Assembly (NCBI RefSeq): GCF_001194135.2
Contig: NC_068985.1
Location: 68,493,143-68,548,574, forward strand
Direction: 5' to 3'
DNA length: 55,432 nt
Source of the DNA: Octopus bimaculoides
Lineage: Eukaryota
Shown: in pieces, positions 49,537 through 55,432 of the stretch
Position numbering within the stretch: the stretch's first letter is position 1
How the letters are laid out: every line of letters begins with the position of its first letter
Position numbers and translations under genes: made by a program
Notes under the pieces: model-generated
What the model saw: the letters and a program-made list of their open reading frames with translations, nothing else
Database searches by the model: none
Told to the model about the DNA's origin: nothing

Positions 49537-51600
49537 CACTAGTTTACAGAGAAATTGCAGCAAACATAAAAATTGCAAAATTGTTGTTCTAAGTTAAATT
49601 TGGGGTGCTGATTTCAGATACAAAACCAGTTTTCACTCATCATCTCTAGTTTTTGAGATATATATTATCATAATTTTGCGACGATATACGTAACCATATG
49701 TGATCAGTTCTTATTTTGTTTTCCAAATTTTTGTGATACTTATACGTATTTCTACAATGGCTGCAAGCACTTCAAAACACTGAGAAAGCATCAACAAGGC
49801 AAATTCATTCTGCTACACGTGTGTGTTGGGGGGGGGGGGGTCACGACAGTAGTAGAATATGGAACAATTACTTCCCTCCTGAAAATTGCTTACTTTCATT
49901 ATTTTGACTGTAAAATTGGTGATTAGGACAAATCCTGGGCCCAAGACATCTTTTGTAAACCCTGCTGCAATTGACTAACTTCATGGTTTAACGGCAAGAA
50001 ACCAGCCTTCAAGTTTGATGTCCCGATGGTCTGGAAAGAGCCACGAAGCCACACAGGTGGTTGTTATTTTTGTCTAACAAATATAAGAGGTTTCAATGCT
50101 TCTTGCAGACAAAAGTTGAAATATCCCAACTTTACATCAGCTATGTGACCTGTTCCCTACTCAGATGTTATCCTTGTCCCTATACCCCCAGCAAATAAGG
50201 ATCTTCTTCCTTCATCAGATGAAGAAATGCCTTCAGGGGAAGATTCTGCCAATCGATAATTTCTGAAGACAATGTCTTTGTTTATTCAGGAACAAGTGGC
50301 AATGAGCCCCACTGGATCATGCAAGAAAACCTGAATGACCTTGGCCATGATTTGTATCTATCTAAGCAGCAATCAGAACTCCTGATATCCCGGCTTAAGC
50401 AGTGGAACCTGGTCAAGGTAGATGTAGGGATCACTAGTTTCAGGACACGGAACCAGGACTTCGTTCTTCATTATTCATTCTTCGACATGGAAAATAGGTT
50501 GTGCTACTACACAAATGTCACTGGTTGTTCCCCTTTCCCATACAATCTCTCAGAATGGTGTCTTTTCATAGAAACTTCCAAGCTAAGTCTGAAGGCTGTC
50601 CTCCTGCACAATGGGAATAAATACCCCAGCATTCTCATTGCCTACTCTGTCCGTACGAAGGCGCCGTATGACAATATGGAGGTCCTTTTGGAAACTGTCA
50701 AAGTACAACCAGCACCAGTGGAGTCTCTGAGGAGACCTGAAGGTCACTGAGCTTCTTCTCGGTACTGTTGCTTCCTCTGTCGCTGGGACAGTCGGACTAT
50801 ATCCAAGCACTACAAGCAGAAGGACTAGAGATCTAGGAGCACTTTCGTGCCTGGTCAACATAGTGTCCAAGCAAATCATCTGGTGGACATCAAGAAGGTG
50901 CTTCTTACTCCTCTTCATATCAAGCTTGGTTTAATGAAGAGTTTCGTGAAGGCCATGGACAAAAATGGCGTTGCCTTGTAACACTTGCGCATTCTGTTCC
51001 CAGCTCTGAGTTCTGCTAGGCTTAAGGAGAGAATCTTCGTCGGACCTCAGATCCGATTGGTGCTGAAGTATAAGGATTTTGAGGAGTTTCTTACCTTAAA
51101 GGAACTAAGAGCATGGGAACCGTTTAAGGCAGTCTGCCATTGCTTCCTTGGTAACACACGAGTACTAGATTACCAAGTGTGTATCGAGAAATTGTTAGAG
51201 TCTTACGAAGATATGGGATGCCGAATGACACTCAAAATTCAATTTCTCCCCTCCCACTGAATGATGAGCATTGAGAAACGTTCCACCAATATATTACTAG
51301 GATAGAGAGCAACTACCAAGGCAAGTAGAACCCCAGCACTATGTGGGACTTTTGCTGGATGCTCTAACGTGACATCCCCGAGGCAAACTACGCAAGATCG
51401 TTAAGAAAAAACTCACTTCAGTCTGCTGTACTGTGATTTATGTGCATTGTATTATCCAAGTAATTTTGTTCGATCAATGTTCTGTATCTATGCTGCTTTT
51501 TTTTTCTGTAATATGTCATTGTAATAGATAAAATGAACACATGCAAATTGAGTTTGCTGTTTCTGCAGCAATGTTTATACCATGCCTACTGGATCATGCC
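49537..51600 (+). mobile_element. Decayed near-full-length Chapaev3-type (CMC) DNA transposon
   Basis: CAC terminus at 49537. FCYTC..DKSWA..PMVWKEP..CYFC zinc-finger region, LNDL..SKQQSELLISRLKQWNL, SKLSLKAVLLHNGNKYPS, LHIKLGLMKSFVKAM, IFVGPQIR, MGCRMTLK. Right TIR not identified. Confidence 0.8.
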
Positions 51601-51639
51601 TTGAATTTTTTAAGTGCTTTGTCTTATCATTACGATATC

Positions 51640-52620
51640 GAATTGAATTACGATATTAAGGACTTCCTCTGACCGACATCCAGAGGATTGGGTGAAATGA
51701 AACTTTGAATAATTATTAGTCCTTCTCTACATAAACACAACCAATGTTGACACACTTCTCCCATTGCTTTATGCAGCTGTGAACACCTCGTCTGTGGAAG
51801 ACTGTAAGTTGCGTCTGGAGCCAAGACTTTACATTGGAAATAAGTACATCATCATCCGAAAAGTGCTTCTTGAATGAAGACTTCATGGAAAGAGGTGGAA
51901 ATCAGATAGTGCAAAAGCGGGAGAGTAAGGGGGTGGGTGAAGGATTTCCTAGCCACAGGAGTGTGTTTTCATGGGGGCAACATGCGCAATGTAAACTGGA
52001 GAGTTGTCTTATAGGAGGCGCACTCCTTTGGTCAGCTTGCCACAAATCTCTCCTTTGATGGCGTCCTGTAATTTCTGCAGCAGAGAAGCATAATATGCTT
52101 CGTTAATTGTGGGTCCTTTTGCCAGAAAATCCATTATCACTAATCCGCACTAGTCCCAAAAGACTATGAGCATCCCCTTGCCTCCTCAGAGTTGGACACG
52201 AACCTTCTTTGCGGGTGCTGAGTTATCATGCTTCCATTGCTTCGACTGTAATTTAGTCTCAGAATCAAAGTGATGGACCCATTTTTATCCTGTGTCTTCT
52301 TCGTTTTCTTGGTACATTGTCAAAAGAGCCTCGGAGCAATTGACTCGTTCCTGCTTTTGAGAAAGTGTGAACATCCGGAGAATCTATCATGCAGCCAAAT
52401 GTAGTGCATGAGCACTACATTTCTTGTACTAGCTGCTGGAGAGGTATGCATCAAGCCTCCAAAATGGTGGCTTTCATCAATGGCGGAATGTGGTCGTGCA
52501 AAAATAGGAGCAGTTTCCACCGCTCACCTGACCATATTTAAACTGGTGATGATAGTGCATGACTACGTCATATGATGGTACGTCGTCACCATAAACTTCT
52601 TTCATCTCGTTGAAAGTTTC
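51640..52620 (-). mobile_element. Decayed mariner (DD34D-type) transposon
   Basis: ARPHSA..IAPRL, KLQSKQWKH, VFWD..MDFLAKGPTIN..YY..LL, HPPYSP..LSDFHLF, KCVN..YVEK. Confidence 0.85.
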
Positions 52621-52946
52621 TTTTGGTATACAACTTTTCAAGTATATGAACCTGATCTACATACATCTGCCCCTATTATAACACCTTAGTCCACTTCAGC
52701 AGCCTTAAATGATAAACGAATACTAGTGGAAAGCTGCAAGTTACAATTTGACATATAGAGACATATATTAATATAATAGTACAAGTTCAGTGTCATACAA
52801 TACACGGAGGTGGGTTAGGGGATATCTTTACTGAATGCCTCTCGTATGATTGATATTTTTTTTCTGTTATTTGAATAACTACGGTAGCCAGGTTCCTCTC
52901 AGAAGTGGTGATGAGGTGACCACCCGCATTATAAATATCTCACCAA

Positions 52947-52998
<52 letters not shown>

Positions 52999-53088
52999 NN
53001 NNNNNNNNNNNNNNNNNNNNNNNNNNNNNNNNNNNNNNNNNNNNNNNNNNNNNNNNNNNNNNNNNNNNNNNNNNNNNNNNNNNCCTGC

Positions 53089-53130
<42 letters not shown>

Positions 53131-53131
53131 A

Positions 53132-53176
<45 letters not shown>

Positions 53177-53210
53177 GTATATCTCTCTCTCTCTCTCTAT
53201 ATATATATAA

Positions 53211-53420
53211 GCGGGGCTTGAAAAAGTTCCTGGTTTTAAGAGTATCGCAAATGTTTGGTTGTAGGTCCAACCTTCCGACTTCTTTTTGCAGGGCTTAGAA
53301 AAACTAAAGGAACGATGCAATAAGTGTGTGGATCTTAGAGGGAATTATGTTGAATAACATCATAACAGATCTTCCTGTATTTTCTTTTACCCAACGTCAG
53401 GAACTTTTCAGCAACCCATC
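53211..53420 (+). mobile_element. Short internally deleted mariner derivative
   Basis: gcggggcttgaaaaagttcctgg ... caggaacttttcagcaaccc imperfect TIRs. FFLQGLEKLKERCNKCVDLRGNYVE* is a mariner C-terminus. Confidence 0.75.
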
Positions 53421-53459
53421 AAACATACATACATATATACATACATACACGTACATGTA

Positions 53460-53612
53460 TTCTTTTATTCTTTTACCTGCTTCAGTAAATTGACTGCGGC
53501 CTTGTTGGAGGATTACCTTTGGTCGAACAAATCGACCCCAGGATTTATTCTTTGTAAGCCTTGAACTTATTCTATCGATTGTTTGCCTGAACCGTTAAAT
53601 TACGTGCACGCA
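53460..53612 (-). mobile_element. SINE family B 3' part
   Basis: gactgcggccttgttggag..atcgaccccagg..ttattctatcg matches 41290-41400. Confidence 0.75.
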
Positions 53613-53712
53613 NNNNNNNNNNNNNNNNNNNNNNNNNNNNNNNNNNNNNNNNNNNNNNNNNNNNNNNNNNNNNNNNNNNNNNNNNNNNNNNNNNNNNNNN
53701 NNNNNNNNNNNN

Positions 53713-54850
53713 TGCAACAGTTTTGCTTTATTTTGTGGGCAATCCACACGAATGTGGCCCACTTTTCCATATTTGTAGACGGTGGGTTTTCTTCCTTCCA
53801 CCAGTACTCTAAGGGCCACATTATTGCCCACGATCACTCTTCCTGGTAGTGCCTGAAGGTCTTCTTGTGCCCCTTGAATAATTACTGTGACGCACATCCC
53901 TAGCNNNNNNNNNNTTATATAGTCCTTCCTATTAAATAACAGGGCGGCCACCACTTCTTTCGGGTCGAATTCCGGTGGCACTTCATTAATTTTCACGCTA
54001 GCAGTTCTCTTCCACATATATGTTGGTAGAAGTAGCACCTCGTTGTTTTTAAGGGGACACACAGACTGCCCGCGGGCCACCTCTTCCACTGAGAAACGGA
54101 CCTCCACACAACCATATGCCCGTCCCCTTGCAATATACACAATATCTTTCCATATCGGGGCTAAACATCTCTCGATAATATTTTTCTCAAAGTGTTTAAA
54201 CCTTTTGTCCTTTAGACAGAAGGTTTTAAACACTACGGTCCGTTTATCCGTGTCCAAAACGCTGGAGGAGGGTGATATTGTAACATCACCACCCTCCTCC
54301 TTCATTCTTTTGAACATGTCTTTCAATTCTTCAATATTTATATCAATATTTTCTGTTGCCACTGTGGCAACAGTGGAGAATTTTTTTTGCTATTAAACTC
54401 ACTCTCTGCGAGAGTACGTTGCTCACGTATTATCTCAACCGACATAATTCGGTTGGCGTATTAACATGAAATTCAAAAGAAATTAAATGGTTTCCCACAC
54501 AAACTGGGAAATCTATAAAAAAGTTTTCCACTTAAACAGTACAAAAATGTTCAAATCCCACCCCCGTTAGGGGGAGGGGCACAAAAATAGTCTAGAAAGA
54601 CTATTCAGAGTTCACAAAATAAAATAAAATGTTTAAACAAAATGCCGCAATGGCCAGCAACTACAATAATTCTTGTAATTATTCCCCGGTAGAACCGGGA
54701 AATAAATCAGTTCAACAGTTTTTTTCTACGATAATTTCTTCGTTCCACAGCAAAAACATTCAATAACAACACAACAAAACGCTTACCGAGAGCCAGTAAA
54801 ATTACCTCGTCACTGTAGTGAGGGAAGCAAGCTTCTTACCACACAGACAT
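53713..54850 (-). mobile_element. L1/Tx1-type LINE 5' portion: long ORF1 with zinc knuckle plus 5'UTR
   Basis: ORF 53595..54362 RTVVFK..ARGRAYGCVEVRF..VKINEVPPEF..LRVLVEGRKPTVYKYGKVGHIRVDCP; 3' side lost in gap. Confidence 0.75.
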
Positions 54851-54871
54851 ACCTGGGCTTAAGTATGTATA

Positions 54872-54902
<31 letters not shown>

Positions 54903-55228
54903 ATATATATGTGTATGTGAATAAATGTATGTGTGTGCATGTAAATATGTATATATGCGTATGCATTTATTTATACGTATTTATTTATATAAATATACTC
55001 ATGTGGATGTATAAATCTTTATATATTTACATACAAAATGTATACACCTACGCAGACGCAACATAAATCAAATTAAACGTTACTACATCCAAATTAAACA
55101 TTACACATACACAGGAATGTGTACATAAAATTACGAAACTTTTATGAATTAAAAATCGTAATAAAAGATAAAAATACAATGTTTTCTAACTTTCTGTTTG
55201 GTATATTACTGCTATATTTATGTTTATT

Positions 55229-55262
<34 letters not shown>

Positions 55263-55432
55263 TTGTACATTTTTTTTTAAATAGAATGGATGACGTTTTA
55301 TATTATCTGATTATTTGTGGAATAGCATTAAGATTTAGGAGGTATTAATGAAAATAAAATAAATTTTTTACAACGAAAGCAAACGTATAATCTGAAATAA
55401 CAAAAAGTAACATGAGTAATAAAATATTATAT

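Larger units (their letters stand above)
46650..52950 (-). pseudogene. TLR-like relic, unit 13, split by mariner, Chapaev3 and microsatellites
   Basis: KISIIREAFSKDIP (52859), IFNGSFNCL, TCFHKLNTTFSRFRFKGN (ORF 48599..49288), KTLKRLQITINKMNYTTINSTQKLRTISV (~47443-47355), TM-like IYSVIISVLPMIILTL, TIR end QLNQF*EAIVSK (~46690-46655). Confidence 0.55.

Noticed and set aside
2560-54850. Unidirectional piRNA-cluster-like TE orientation bias
   Set aside because: TE relics occur on both strands (R4, RTE, Chapaev3 and most SINEs plus; Tc1, mariner and L2 minus)
634-55066. Many ORF-track entries rich in YI, CV, THTH, SIYL, PTNQ, poly-L or X
   Set aside because: These are translations of di-, tri- and tetranucleotide microsatellites or N gaps, not genes
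1-55432. CRISPR array or prokaryotic defence system
   Set aside because: No regularly spaced repeat-spacer structure or operon-like ORFs; the sequence is eukaryotic

Overview
AT-rich, microsatellite-dense animal genomic DNA with scaffold gaps. The SINE families and repeat content suggest an octopus (coleoid cephalopod); this is inference. No intact protein-coding gene, rRNA, true tRNA or CRISPR array is supported. The main signal is absent from the ORF track. After mentally removing transposons and microsatellites, most remaining unique sequence on the minus strand reads as a head-to-tail array of roughly 12-15 heavily decayed, apparently intronless Toll-like-receptor-type relics (LRRNT, LRRs, LRRCT, TM, TIR) from about 1 kb to 53 kb, several packed within about 150 nt of each other. 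The array is interrupted by an R4-type RLE retrotransposon, CRE-, RTE-, CR1/L2- and L1/Tx1-type LINE fragments, two Tc1 and four mariner relics, a Chapaev3-type transposon, a Merlin-like MITE and three tRNA-related SINE families. All TLR motif calls come from hand translation across stops and frameshifts. Unit boundaries are approximate and need frameshift-aware HMM confirmation.
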